A stretch of 63,742 nucleotides of DNA, filler included, from Folioceros fuciformis (Eukaryota), in NCBI GenBank assembly GCA_049999805.1. It is 9 parts of 9 records of this genome, joined end to end, with 100 filler letters (N's around TTAATTAATTAA, not from the genome) between each part and the next. Parts side by side here need not be neighbours in the genome. Positions count along the whole stretch, not along the records: positions 1 to 7,902 come from JBNGIO010005101.1; positions 8,003 to 18,162 come from JBNGIO010005102.1; 7 more parts are not named here. One strand, 5' to 3'. Within the stretch, counting starts at the first letter, position 1, and every line of letters begins with the position of its first letter. Shown here piece after piece: positions 1-12,374 of this stretch. Under the pieces are notes generated by a model. It was not told the origin of the DNA. It saw nothing but the letters and a program-made list of their open reading frames with translations, and did no database searches. Made by a program: the position numbers and the translations under genes.

Positions 1-23
1 GTCTCAACGACAGTGGGATAAGT

Positions 24-1770
24 GTGGCCACTAAAGGTGGAACCCGTTGGAAATTAGTGCCCGGGGTTTTGCCTTCACAAGGGGCCGTTAAGAAGAAAAC
101 TTCCCGTCCTCGCAAATCCCTCGTGGGGCTTGCAGTGGAAAATGGGAAGGGAGCTCGTCAGAAACGAGGCCAAGCTACAAGGAAAGAAGTAGTTAAGGAG
201 GAGGACGTTGTACCTGATCCACTGCATACACCCACACATGGAGCAACGGAGGTTGAGCCTGCTATGAATTTGGATGCGGATGTGGGCTTAGAACGAGAAG
301 TAGAATTCAAATCCCGCGTTGAGTCCGAGGTTATGGCCATGATCCAGCAAACCTTGCAAGCTCAACAAGAGAAGCACGAATTTTTTTTAACTAATATTCT
401 AGCTCAAAATGCGGAGAGGGAGAAGGCCTTACGTGAGATGCTCCTTGGACATGCCACTGGCTTAGTCCAAGAAGAGTTGCATGTGCCGAGAGATGAGGTG
501 AACGAAGGCGCTAGTCCAAGCTTGTCTAGATTCAAAGCACGCATGGAAGCCGAAGCTCAAGCTATTCTACATCAATCATTGCAAGAACAAAAGGAACGAC
601 ATGAGAAGTTGGTAGCAAATTTGCTCGCTCAAAATGAAGAGAAGGAGCAAAATTGGAGAAGCATTCTAGCACAAGTCATGAAGAGACCCGCTTCTGGACA
701 AGACAGCACACTAGAGACTGTTCGCGCACAAAACGACAACAGAGATGGAAGGCCCACACCAGCTAGGACTCCCATCATCAACACGATCCTGCCAACAACA
801 TTGAAAAAATTTCGAGTGCAAGGATTAGCGCAGGAAGAGCAAGAGGACCCCAAAATTGCTGAGATTGCTAGGCGACTGCAAATTGCAAGGCATGAGAGAG
901 CTCAAGCCCAGGAAGTCACTGACCTTGCTTCTAGAGAAGGGATGTCATTCGATGAAGGTCCAGAGCCAACTCGAAACGATGATCTGAGAAAGAGGGCTAA
1001 GTTTGAGGTGCTCACGTGCCAAGATAGGAGCCCGAGTAAGTTTCAGGAGTGGAGGCAAGCCTTCACCACATACTTTGAAGCAGTCAGCATGCAAGAAAAG
1101 GAGAAGGTGGACTTTGCAGCCCATTACACGAGCCATCTAGCCAGAGCTTGGTGGGAGAACAGGAAGGAAGCTGGGAAGATTGGAGAGAAGCCACCCATAC
1201 AATCATGGGAGGTGATGAAAGCAGAGCTTCTTCACAACTTCTTGCCCAAGGATCACAAAGAAAGGTGTTGGTCGGCGTGGTATGCTCTCAAGCATACAGG
1301 TACACTCGAAGAATTTCATCTGCAGTTCTTGAAAGCTATGCTCAAAAAACCGGACCTGGAGCAGGAGGCAAAGCTTGCTAGGTACTGTGATGCCATCAAG
1401 CAAGAGTATAAGCTCAGCATTAAGCAACAACGCTGCACCACTATTGAAGAGGCAATGCAAGCTGCAATGGATGTCGAGAACTACGGAGTCAGACCAACTG
1501 GATCCACAACCATGACAACTCAACAATTCGGGCAACAACAAGGTGTGTTTCACAGACCATACCAAGCTCAAGGAGCCAAGTACAACCCCCCTCACGCTTG
1601 GAAGCCTAGAGGTTCAGAGCTTGCAGCAAGATCCATTGCACACACTGGTCAGCAAGTTGAGCTCAAGCCTATTGAATTTAGATAGCGTGATGAAAAAGAG
1701 AAGGAGTACATGGCAAAAGGCTTGTGCTTTATTTGCTCTGCTTCTGATCACATTTCCAGGCAGTGTCTGT
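24..1770 (+). pseudogene. gag: Ty3/gypsy gag with one in-frame stop (TAG at 1683-1685) before the CCHC zinc knuckle
   Basis: Retrotrans_gag-like motifs (ARAWWEN...IQSWEVMKAELLHNF...LEEFHLQF). ORF 1710 is in the same frame and begins MAKGLCFICSASDHISRQC (CX2CX4HX4C). Confidence 0.9.
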
Positions 1771-4700
1771 ATGGATCAATGTATGGGAAATGGTTGAGAG
1801 GGAGGAGGGGAGCTGATCCTGCAGGGACGCAAGCCAAGACAACAGTCAATGCATGTGAGCTGTTCGAAATGAGCCCATGCGTACGAGCAGGCCACAAAGA
1901 CAATTTTGCCAGCAAGGACCCACCCGCAGTCGCTGGAACAGAGAGCGATAAGAAGGAGAGTTGTGAGCACCTCAAGCACCAATCCCTAATAGTGAAAGGA
2001 TTGCTTGGTGGGAAGAAGGCATCATTTCTCATAGACGGCGGGTCATCTCACAGCTACATGAGGTTCGAAGCAGCTCGAGATTCCCCAGAAGCCATGTGGT
2101 ACTGCCTGGGGACAAAGCAACAGATGAAGTTGGCCAACGGAACAGTGGAGCAAATTGTTGTGCACGAGATAATGACAGAAATTAGTTTTCAAGGGTATGC
2201 TGATCAAATTCGACTGGAGGTCATTGATGCACTTGCTCCCGAGGTTTTGCTTGGGCAAGATTGGCTCTGGAGAGTAGATCCAAACATATCTTTCAGGAGA
2301 CACGTGATGAGCTTGCAGTGGAAAGGCAGAGAGTTGGAGATACACGGAGCTGCGCAAAGACAAGACAACAAATTGTTTTCATCCAGAAATGCTAGGAGAG
2401 CTATCCAAAGGGGAAAGTTGGAGTATGCTGCTGTGCTTTTCAACTGCTATCAGCTAGAGCAAGTGGATGAAAGCAAACTGGAGGAGGAGAGGCACCACCT
2501 GAGATGTTGGGACTTTTGTCCAAGTTTGCAGATGTATTCTCATAACTGCAAGGGCTGCCATCGAGAAGAGAAGTGGACCACGCCATCGAGCTGGTACCAG
2601 GAGCAAAGCCTGTGGCGAGGCCACCTTATAGGCTAGCTCCCCCAGAGAACATGGAAGTTCAAGCTGCAGTGGATGGACTGCTGAAGAAGGGGCTGATTGA
2701 GGAATCAGTATCACCTTATGCTGCTCCTGTTCTCATAGTCAAGCACAGAAATGGTAAGATCAGAATGTGCATTGACTACAGAGGGTTAAATGCATCCACC
2801 ATCAAAAATAGGTTTCAAATGCCCAGGATAGAAGAGATTTTGGATAACCTTGTGGGTGCCAAAGTCTTTAGCAAGGTCGATCTTCATAGTGGCTTTCACC
2901 AAATCAGAATTCGTGCTGGAGATGAATACAAGTCCGCCTTCAGAACTAGGTATGGGCATTACCAATTCATGGTACTGCCCTTTGGCATGACAAATGCACC
3001 TACCAGCTTCACAACCTTGATGATGAAGATTCTGAGGCCCTATCTAGGGAAATTTTTTGAGGTGTTTGTGGATGACATATTGGTCTACTCAAAGAACGAA
3101 GAAGAGCATAAGGAGCACTTGGAGTTAGTGTTCACAGCACTAAGGGAAAACCGGCTATTCGCTAGACAAAAGAAGTGTGAATTCTTTAAGAACAAAGTGA
3201 ACTACTTAGGGTTTGTGGTCTCAACTGATGGAGTGGGAGTTGACCAGGAGAAGGTGAAGCTCATCCTCAACTGGCCGCAACCTGCGAACCTAAATGAGCT
3301 TCAACAATTTCTAGGCATGGCTGTCCAAATGAAGAGCTTCATTTCGGGGTTTGCAAGACATGCTGTGCCATTGACAGACCTGACTTGTAAGAATGCAAAG
3401 TTCCCTATGTCAGAGCTAGCAAAGCAAGCATTTGAAAGGTTGAAGGGAGCTGTGGCATCAACCACCATTCTGACCCTGCCTGATCTCAACAAAGCCTTCA
3501 TAGTCAGATTTGATGCATCAGACTATGCCTTGGGTGTTGTGCTGCAACAAGAAGGGAGAAATGTGAGTTTTTTGTCCAGAAAGCTTCAAGGTGCTGAGAA
3601 GAATTACAGTACGCATGACAAGGAGATGCTTGCAGTAATTTACGCTTTAAAGACTTGGCGACATTACTTATATGGCTCGGAATTCACAGTGTTCACAGAT
3701 CATAGGAGTTTGGAGCACTTCTACAAGCAACCACTATTGAACCCGAGGCAGAGAAGATGGGCTGAGATAATTGCTGACTTTCATGTTACCATTTCTTATA
3801 GTCCAGGAAAGGCAAATTTGATTGCTGACGCATTAAGCAGGAGACGCTATAGCAACATGACACTAAAGTTAGAATCAAACTTGTGGAAAGAGGTGCGTCA
3901 CAAATTACCTGAAGATGCTACTTTGAGCAACATCTTGCAGAGGCTAGAAGATAGTCTCTCAACTGGCAGACCAACGGAGTTGGGAGACTGCTACAGCATC
4001 CACCAAGGATGTCTGTTCAAGAAGGGAAGGTTATGCATACCTGAGGATTGCGTGGAGTTGAAGCTTTCCTTATTGCATGACGCCCATGATGCACCAACAG
4101 CAGGACATATGGGGATAGATAAGACATACCAGCGCTTGAAGGAGCATGTATGGTGGCCAAGCATGCAGAAACAGTGCATCAAATATGTGCAGGAGTGCTT
4201 ACCTTGTCAACAATCCAAGGCAGTTAGAAGAGCACCAGCAGGCTTGCTCATGCCATTAGAGGTGCCATCAGAGAAGTGGGCCAGCATGGCTTGTGATTTT
4301 GTGACTTGCTTGCCGAGAACGCAGAAAGGGCATGATGCTATGTGGGTGTGTGTAGATAGAGCTACCAAGCTCGCACACTTTATTCCCATCAAGGGCACCA
4401 TCAAAGCCAAACAACTTGCGCCTTTGTTCTTGAAGGAGATAGTTCGCCTACATGGTGTGCCGCAAGAAATTGTGTCAGATAGAGATGCAAAGTTCCTCTC
4501 TCGATTTTGGAAGGACTTTTTTTCGAGCTTGGGCATGAACCAATGTTTGAGCTCAGCTTACCATCCTCAGTCTGATGGTGCCAGCGAGAGGCAAAACCAA
4601 ACAATGGAGGATCTGCTGCATCCTTACTGCCATGACCGTCAGAGAAATTGGGAGGAAGCATTGCCACTTGCTGAGTTTGCTTACAACTCAGCCCGTCACT

Positions 4701-5462
4701 CTGCAACTGGGTATTTGCCATTCAAGCTAACATACGGAAAGAATATTCCACCACCAAGTATGTGGCCAGTGTTGCAGGGACAATAAAGGTCCATCACCGA
4801 GCTGAATGAGAGCATGTGCCAAGATTTCCGAGAAGCTGTGCAAAGAATGGCAACAATCAATGATTAGAGAGCAAAGCTTGCCAACAAGAAACGAAGAGAT
4901 GAGCAGCACGAAGTCGGCGACTGGGTGTAGTTAAGAGTGCAGCCGAACAGGTATTCTAAGCTGCAGGAGGGCAAAGCCAAGCTATCCTACAGGTATGTAG
5001 GCCTGTTTTGTGTCACAAGGAAAATCTCACTTGTAGCGTATCAGCTTGATATGCTTGCTAGCTAGCGCATTTGCAAGAGCTTCCATGTTTCCTTGCTAAA
5101 GAAGTTCGTGGGTGCTACCCCAATCCAACGAACTGACCCCAGGACAAAGAAGTGAGACTGTCAAGCTACCAGAGTTCCAACAATTGGGCGAGTCGCACAC
5201 AACCTCCCAAGAGCTCGTAGCTGCAGAACAGAAGAAGGGGGAGGATGCGAGAGCCAGACACGAGCCAGCAAAACATAGGAGTTTCAAAACTGGCGATAAG
5301 CTCATCTGCCAACCAATTGCTATTTTGGATAGCAGAGAGAGGCAATTGCGAGGACGAAGCATCAAGGAGTACCTGGTCAGTTGGGAGAGCGACCATGAAG
5401 AGGAACCGAGCTGGGAGACTCGGGCTTTCGTCGATATGTTTCGACATTTGAACAAGTCTTAA
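1771..5462 (+). pseudogene. pol: Ty3/gypsy chromovirus pol (PR-RT-RH-INT-chromodomain), disrupted by a frameshift near 2480-2570 and stops after 4786
   Basis: Protease FLIDGGSSH; RT RMCIDYRGLN, MPFG-like LPFGMTNAP and FVDDIL; RH FDASDYALG and TDHRSL; INT HHCC (GHMG...CLPCQ) plus YHPQSDG; chromodomain-like PIAILDSRERQLRGRSIKEYLVSWE...PSWE in ORF 5112-5462. Confidence 0.93.
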
Positions 5463-5512
5463 GAACGTGATGAAGAGCAACGTCTTCATAGTCCCGTTCA
5501 AAGGGAAGGGGA

Positions 5513-5908
5513 TGATGCTACGGCCAGCGATCGTAGCGAGCTGAAGAGCAGCTCAACGAGAAGGACTGGACACCTGATCAGCGTCCAGATGGTGCTATTG
5601 GCATACGGGGAATGGTCGCAGCAAAGTACGCGTAGGGCAGGCCTAGGACATAGCCGCTAGAGCTAGACGAAGGAAACAAGGTCAAAATTAGAGGTTAGAC
5701 TGAGCAGGATTAAGCGAACACCAATCAGTTGCTAACCAATCCAGTTAGTTAACTTAGCTTAGGAAACGAAACGGTCGGACCCGGAACGTAGGGTACAAAG
5801 ATTTGAGGGCTCCTCTAATCAGGGCTCTCGATTCCTAGATGGACGCCTCCTTGCTTCTGGCAGTCGGACCCCACGTTTGCGAGATGTCTCGGCGCATCTC
5901 CGCTTACA
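5513..5908 (+). repeat. Putative 3' LTR of the chromovirus, preceded by a PPT (AAAGGGAAGGGGA, 5500-5512)
   Basis: Polypurine tract followed by TG; ends ...CTTACA exactly where copia RT sequence begins (5909). Confidence 0.6.
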
Positions 5909-7144
5909 GAACTTGTCCAGATGGATGTGAAGTCGGCATTTGTGCATGGTGACCTCAAGGAAGAGGTATACATGCAGCAACCAGAGGGTTTCATTGAGAA
6001 GGGCAAAGAGAATCTGGTGTGCAGGTTAAAGAAGAGCCTTTATGGTTTGAAGTAGGCACCCAGGGAGTGGTATTACAAGTTCCACTGATTTATGCTATCT
6101 CCAGGCTACAAATGTAGCAATGAGGATAATTGGCTCTATACAAAGCAATCTAAGGATGGAAGCTTGCTCATTTTGGTCCTCTATGTGGATGATATGCTAA
6201 TTGTTGGGAAGTGCAATGATGAGATTGCAGAGTTGAAGTCAAAGTTGAATGCTCGATTTGACATGATAGACTTGGGAGAGGCAAGCCATATTCTTGGCAT
6301 GCGTATTCGTTGAGACAAACGTAAGCATTTGCTTTACTTGTCTCAAACAGAATACATCAATAGGGTCCTTCAACGTTTCAATATGGAGAAGGGGAAGGTA
6401 TTGAGTACTCTATTGCCTCCATATGTGAAACTTTTGAGCAAGGATTGCCCAAGCTTTGCGGAGGACAAAGCTGAAATGGAGAAGGTTCCATTCTCATCAG
6501 CTGTAGGGAGTTTGATGTATGCAATAATTGTTACACGTCCTGACATTGCTTTTGCAGTGGGAGTGGTTAGCAGGTTTATGTCAAACCCTGGCAGGAAGCA
6601 TTGGGAGGCCGTGAAAGGAGTTATGAGGTACTTAAATGGTACAAAAGCTTTGTGTATATGTTTTGGTAGTGAAGATGCATCTGTTGTGGGATATACGGAT
6701 GCTGATTATGCAGGGGATACGGATAAAAGGAGGTCTACATCAGGTTACGTCTTCATGTGCGCTGGAAGGGCAATCTCAAAGTGACCTTATTTGCAATCGT
6801 GCATAACACTATCTACCACAGAGGCCGAGTATGTTGTTGCAGCGACTAAGGCTTGCAAGGAAGCCATGTGGCTTGCTCGTTTAGTGGGAGATTTAAGGAT
6901 CAAGGTTGAGCTGCCAATGTTGCATTTTGGTAGCCCAAGTGCTATCTAATTGGCGAAGAATCCAGTGTTTCATGTGAAGACTAAACATGTGAAAGTGAAG
7001 TATCACTTCATTCAAGAGGTGTTGGAAGACAAGAGGGTACAGTTTGTCAAAGTTCACACCAGTCAGAACCCTGTAGATATTCTTACCAAGGGGCTCTCTA
7101 CGGAGCAATTCGCACAAGCTCGAACACTCATGGGCATGAGGTAG
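5909..7144 (+). pseudogene. Ty1/copia RT-RNase H 3' fragment (Tnt1/Tork-like), with stops
   Basis: [43 protein letters not shown]. 5909-6060 is nearly identical to 28505-28656, so same family as the element at 24809. Confidence 0.92.
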
Positions 7145-8099
7145 ACCACTCTCCTATGAAGGTAAATTGGCCTTTGTGAACCTCCAAAGTTTGGGGTAGT
7201 AGTTTGTTTTGGTTGAAAAAGGGTTAATAGTGGTATGGTTTGGTTTTCTTTTTCAACTTATTTTCCCTAATTTTCCTTGATTTTCTGGTCATTTTTCCTA
7301 TTTTTCTTTGTGCTAATTAAGTTAATTGACTAGGAAATAGTTGGTTTGGTTATAAGAGTGGGTATAGGTTTGGTCCCAGAGCTGGGAAGGTTTAGGTTCG
7401 GTACCGGGCCATAGGGTTGGGTGATTAGTTTAATATTAGTTAAAGATATATAATATTAAATAATAAATATTAAAATAATATAATAATATAATAATGGTTT
7501 GAACATAGGAACGGGTATCTGGGTATGTCAGTGTCAGGGGTCAGGGTCTGACGATAGGCTGGCTGATTGCTTGGCTGACATGAACGGCTGTGGAGGCCAT
7601 GCCCTAGCTAGAGCTAGAGGCAGGGGTTGCAGCCGCCCCCATCCCCTTTTCTCCCTTTCTCCCTTCCTCCTCCATTCCCTTCTTGCCCCCTTCCTCTTCT
7701 TCCTCCCTTCCTTCTCAATCTACCCTCCTTGTTTCTTCCATTGGATCCAAGTTGCAGGTAGGGATGCTGGCTAGGCTATCGACACCAAGTGTTGGAGATC
7801 ACAACGGATTGATGCAGGTCCAGCCAGGCTTCTCATGAGCTGTTGGGTCCAGCCTGCTAGCTGCTGACCAAGGAGCAAGGAGGCTGCAGCGCTGAAGGAG
7901 AGNNNNNNNNNNNNNNNNNNNNNNNNNNNNNNNNNNNNNNNNNNNNTTAATTAATTAANNNNNNNNNNNNNNNNNNNNNNNNNNNNNNNNNNNNNNNNNN
8001 NNTCATAACCTTAATCACTCTTACCACTAATTAGTACAAACTCAATAAGATGGATTAGCGCAAATTAATCTCAACATTAATTATGCTTAACACGCTACC

Positions 8100-11000
8100 A
8101 GCTTCCCCACACCCTGCTATAGCGTCGTCCACCTTGACTACTTCAAGGAGGTAACCAGCCCCCAAGTCTTCCCCTCCCTGAGAGGTTCCATCTTAACTCT
8201 CCTTTCTCTTGAAGGCATGAGGACGTTCCTCCTCTAAATGCCTAAAACTATTTGCATCCACCACCCTTGAAGGCTTTCCGGACTCCAGCCCTTGGCTGAC
8301 ACCCGAAGGAGATACCTCCATCACACCTTGAGGGCTAACCCCCTGGGAAGAGAGACAGTGGTCGCCACTACCTCTCCTCCCGTGCATGCCCACTGCTCCA
8401 CCCCAATCTTGGCGACACGGGATCTATTTTTCCTTCCAGCCACCCGGTCACCCTCGTGGAGCGCGTCCTGCACCTCAGGGGTTGTCGTAAGCTCACGACA
8501 CGATTCCACCACCTGATCATCCTCGACAGCGTCCCCGAGAACAGAAGTAGTAACCGCTGTTGTGCGCTTGACAAGAAGACCTTCAGTCACCACCACCTTC
8601 CCTCCCTGAACAGAACCGGCCTGGGAAGCTCTGTCCCTAAGAGCCTGCGGCTCCTCCGCCTCGTACTTCTTCCTTGAAATTCCTCCACCCCCCGAGCATG
8701 AGGCATCTTGCCCTGGTCCCCAATTCGACTGCGAAGAAGACAAATCCTCCACACCTCGTAAGCGGACACCATGAGAGGGTATCCCCAACGTGACTCCACA
8801 AAAAAACCTGGCTATTGCAGCTTCGCCTGTGAACGCCCGCACATCCTCCCCCATGCCTAAGGTCTAGGACCTTTTAACTCCTTCTGCCACCGTATCACCT
8901 ACCAGCGTATACCTTCCTTCACCGCCGAACTCGTCTTTTGCTCACAAGCAGAGCATAGCTCCTGGTCACCCATCGTGGCATCCCTACGAACGGCATCAAC
9001 ATACTCAGTCTGGAGCAGGGCGGTGAGGTTGCCAGCCGAATCCCCTTCCAGATCTGCCCTTCCCCTTGCTGGTTCTTCATCCAACCCAAGGCTCTTCTCC
9101 CCTTGCCGGACCAGAAGCTCACCGCTAGGCCCCAGTCCCCTAGAGGGTTCAAAGCCACTTCCTTCCGTTCACGAAGAAGATCCTCCACCTAACCTCCCAC
9201 ATTGTCAACCCCGAGGATTATCATAGGATTTACACTTTGGAGCTTGGCCGGGGGGATTCTGGTCGAAACCACCTCCCTTCCCTGAGAAGTCCCCACCTAG
9301 GAAGTTCTAACCTTGGATACCGGCAGATCGTTGGAGCATGTCAACTTCGTTGCAGTCGTTCTTCACAAATCTCATGCTGTGCTCACCGGCTGAGCTCTCC
9401 CCCTGTCCTCCCGTCGTGTCGTCCCCACATGCTTTATCAGCAGATGTCATTTGGAGCGAGCCGCTGAGACTTCTAGCCAACACCTCCATCTCTCCCTGAA
9501 GAAACCCAGCATGGTCTCCTTTATCACTGGAGATCAGCTGGTCTCCCGTTTTCCCCCGGCCTGACTGGTCACACCCTACACCGCTTCCCACGCATATCTG
9601 TGCTCTTGACTTGGTTTGAGAGCAAAGCCCAGGAGCCCCATGGCCTTTTCCATTGTGTTGTCCACACTCCCCCCGACTAGCACCATCTTGTTCCAGCCCC
9701 GCCTCCAAATCCGGGGCAAACTCAACATTCTAGCCCTCCCTTACGAATTCCACTTGTGCTTCATGGCCTTGTTGGGAGGCAACATCCTTACCCACCCCGG
9801 CACTGTTGAGAACCAATGGAGAGTATTCACCATCTGCCCACTGCCTCCTGAGAATTTGTAGAAGCTACCTCTAGGATGTTCTATAGCCCTAGCTCCACCA
9901 ACTGATTGACTCTCCGCCATGCCCCCACCGTTCTCCTTGGTTTCACACTCTTTCTAGTTCGGTATCGAAGGGTTGGCCCCTATACCCGGGAGCCGAAGAG
10001 CCTAGCATCCAAGGACTGGGTAGTGGAGCACCCCTGGGCCAAATTCTTTACGTAACCTCCCCTCCTCGACGACTCCCCGGTATCACCTTCTTGAGTCGCC
10101 TTTCCTCTGGCAAGCCCATGGGAAAACTCACCTTGCCTTGCTGGGCCAGCAGGACCACTTTACCTCCTGAACCTTCAGGCTGATCAGAACCACCTTTAGC
10201 TCCTAGTCCTTGGTGGCCGCCTAGGCGACACCCACAATCCTCAATACCCCCCTGCTGTAGCATTGGATTACGATGTTCCAACCTAGCACTATTTTTTGTG
10301 TACTCCCCTGCCTTGGGGTTTTGACCCCCCAGCTGAAGCTCCCCCTGAAGGCCTAACCAAGGTTTCTGCCTTGATCCCTGGCTATCCAGTGTGCAAGACC
10401 GTCTCACCCCACCTCGGATGGCCTCCTTATCAACTGCCATAAGTACTTCGCCCTTCTCTTGTTCTCCTGAGGGCTCAAAACATGCTTCTACCCCGACCTG
10501 GCTTGCTTCCTGGGAGATTCTTGAGGAACCCTCATGCGATTCGGGGTGAGCAAGTTGGTAAGCACCCCTACTTTGGTAAGGTCCCCCGGTTATAATCTTG
10601 CCATCATTTGCAGGGCCGATGGGACCCCTTGCTGGTGACGACCTAGTTGTCCGATTAAGCACCACCCTATCAAGATCCTCCTCCATAGGTACCGCCTCCT
10701 CATACATCAAATCTTCTACCCATTTAAGCTCCCAACTGGAAGTTTGATCAAAATTGGAGCGTTGAGTAACCTGAGAAAGCCAAGGTGTGCTTTGCAGACC
10801 ACTTTGGAGGCGAGCGTGACCCTACCCTTGCCAAACTTTGCATCTTTAATATTAGCCAGCAGCTAAGGCTCCCCCATCCACTGCGACACCTTAAATTCCC
10901 GAATGTGGCACTCTTCCCTCAGTTCAATAAGAGTGTTCACAAATAAGATAGACGAGCTATCCTCCTGTCTATGACACACCAGACTATGTTGAGCTTCCTA

Positions 11001-12370
11001 TAGAATCATTCCTCCTACCTGCTCATCAAATCCCAAACCGGCCTGCAACATACTCCAGACTTTCAGCTTAACTGTACTCCAAAGCTTAGGTAGCTGACCC
11101 TTCGACGACCCCCTTATCTGGAAAGATCGTGTAGGCAAGGCTCTAAGTTCTCCCCCCATCGGCATCCAATAGAAGTACTTATCATCCACTTTCTTCCTGA
11201 GGAGCACACAAAGCTTAGACTGTGCACTATTTACCACACCGTTCCCCGAGAAGAAGTCCTTCTGAATTTTGATTGCCCACCGCCGTGTGCCAGGGTTAGT
11301 CTTCCAGGGCTTCGAAGGGGCTCCTTAGAATCCCGGCAGGAGGCTTGGCGGCACCTGCGCCTGCTTCGTCTTGTCCCTACTGCTTCTCGATCCAGCTCGA
11401 AGAGGACATGCCTGCTTAAGATGGTTATGCAAGCCACACACACCGCACCTGATAGGGAGGTCAAGGTAATCAAAAAGCTGAGTAAAGCACTTAGCTAGGT
11501 CCTCTGGATCCCGAACAACAACTCCTTCCGGTAAAGCGTGAAGGCTATCCACCCTCACCCCACAGCGAGGTGGTTTGCTGCTATCGAAGAAACGAGAATC
11601 CACCTTAGGTACCTCCACCACCCTGCCAATGGTCTCCAGGATTTTGCGAATCATGGAGACAAGCTTAACCGGCAAGGCTGGAAGACCTATCCACAAAAAA
11701 TGCCGCTTGATTTTAGACTGCATGATTGCATTCCCAGGGGACCAAACCTCCACCACCACTGGGATAGAGTCTTAAACTGTCAGCGTTGTTTGCAAAAGGG
11801 CCTAAGCCCCAACAGCCTCATCTGAAAGGAACCGTCTACTTTCAGGAAAACATATGCAAGGGGGCATCCCGTTACTTGAGCCACCTAGTCCTCCAATTCC
11901 TTTACGGTAGGAGGACCACTAGACAGAAGCCTCCCCACAACCGAGCTGACAGCAAGCTTGCCCTCTTCCTTTTGAAAGAATCTCGCCTCAGTAAGCACAT
12001 CCGTGAGCGGACCCATCCGTAACCCTGAACCCTCTTTTGTTGAACCAGAGGCATATTCTTGGGAAGGGCCCGGCTGTACCTGTGCCTGTGCCTGTGCTTG
12101 TGCAAAATCCAACTCATCAAACCGTACCTGCGAGCCTTTCTCTACCGTGACATTTTTCCGGCTATCATCGGAAGGGTTAGATTTTTTCTCCCCCTTGTTT
12201 ATCCCCTGCGCCTTCTGTTTATTAGAGCACATACCAACTGCTGCCGCCCATGTGCTAACTGTTGAGCTCCCTCGTGGGGAGCTCATCGACTCCATTGAGC
12301 CATCGGGCTAGATCCTTCCCGGCGCCATCGTCACCCTACCGCGCGCTTGACTTAGGGGCTTCCGCTTCAA
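8100..12370 (-). mobile_element. Degenerate LINE-1-like ORF1 region (DUF4283-like plus zf-CCHC_4), paralogous to 28757-33180
   Basis: WIGLPALPV...IGRVVEV...DYLDLPIRCGVCGLHNHLKQACP (11325-11759). ORF fragments 10048-12295 align by eye with ORF 28776-30635. Confidence 0.75.
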
Positions 12371-12374
12371 CAAG

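Noticed and set aside
1683-1685. TAG between gag and downstream sequence as a programmed readthrough site
   Set aside because: It lies before the gag zinc knuckle and the element has other disabling lesions, so a simple nonsense mutation is more likely.
7903-8002. Recurrent N44-TTAATTAATTAA-N44 blocks (8 in the window) resembling a regular repeat
   Set aside because: Artificial contig linker with stops in all six frames. Not biological; no linkage inferred across it.
12262-12374. N-terminal extension of the RT ORF 12262-13029
   Set aside because: Chance read-through from the antisense strand of the adjacent L1-like 5' region.
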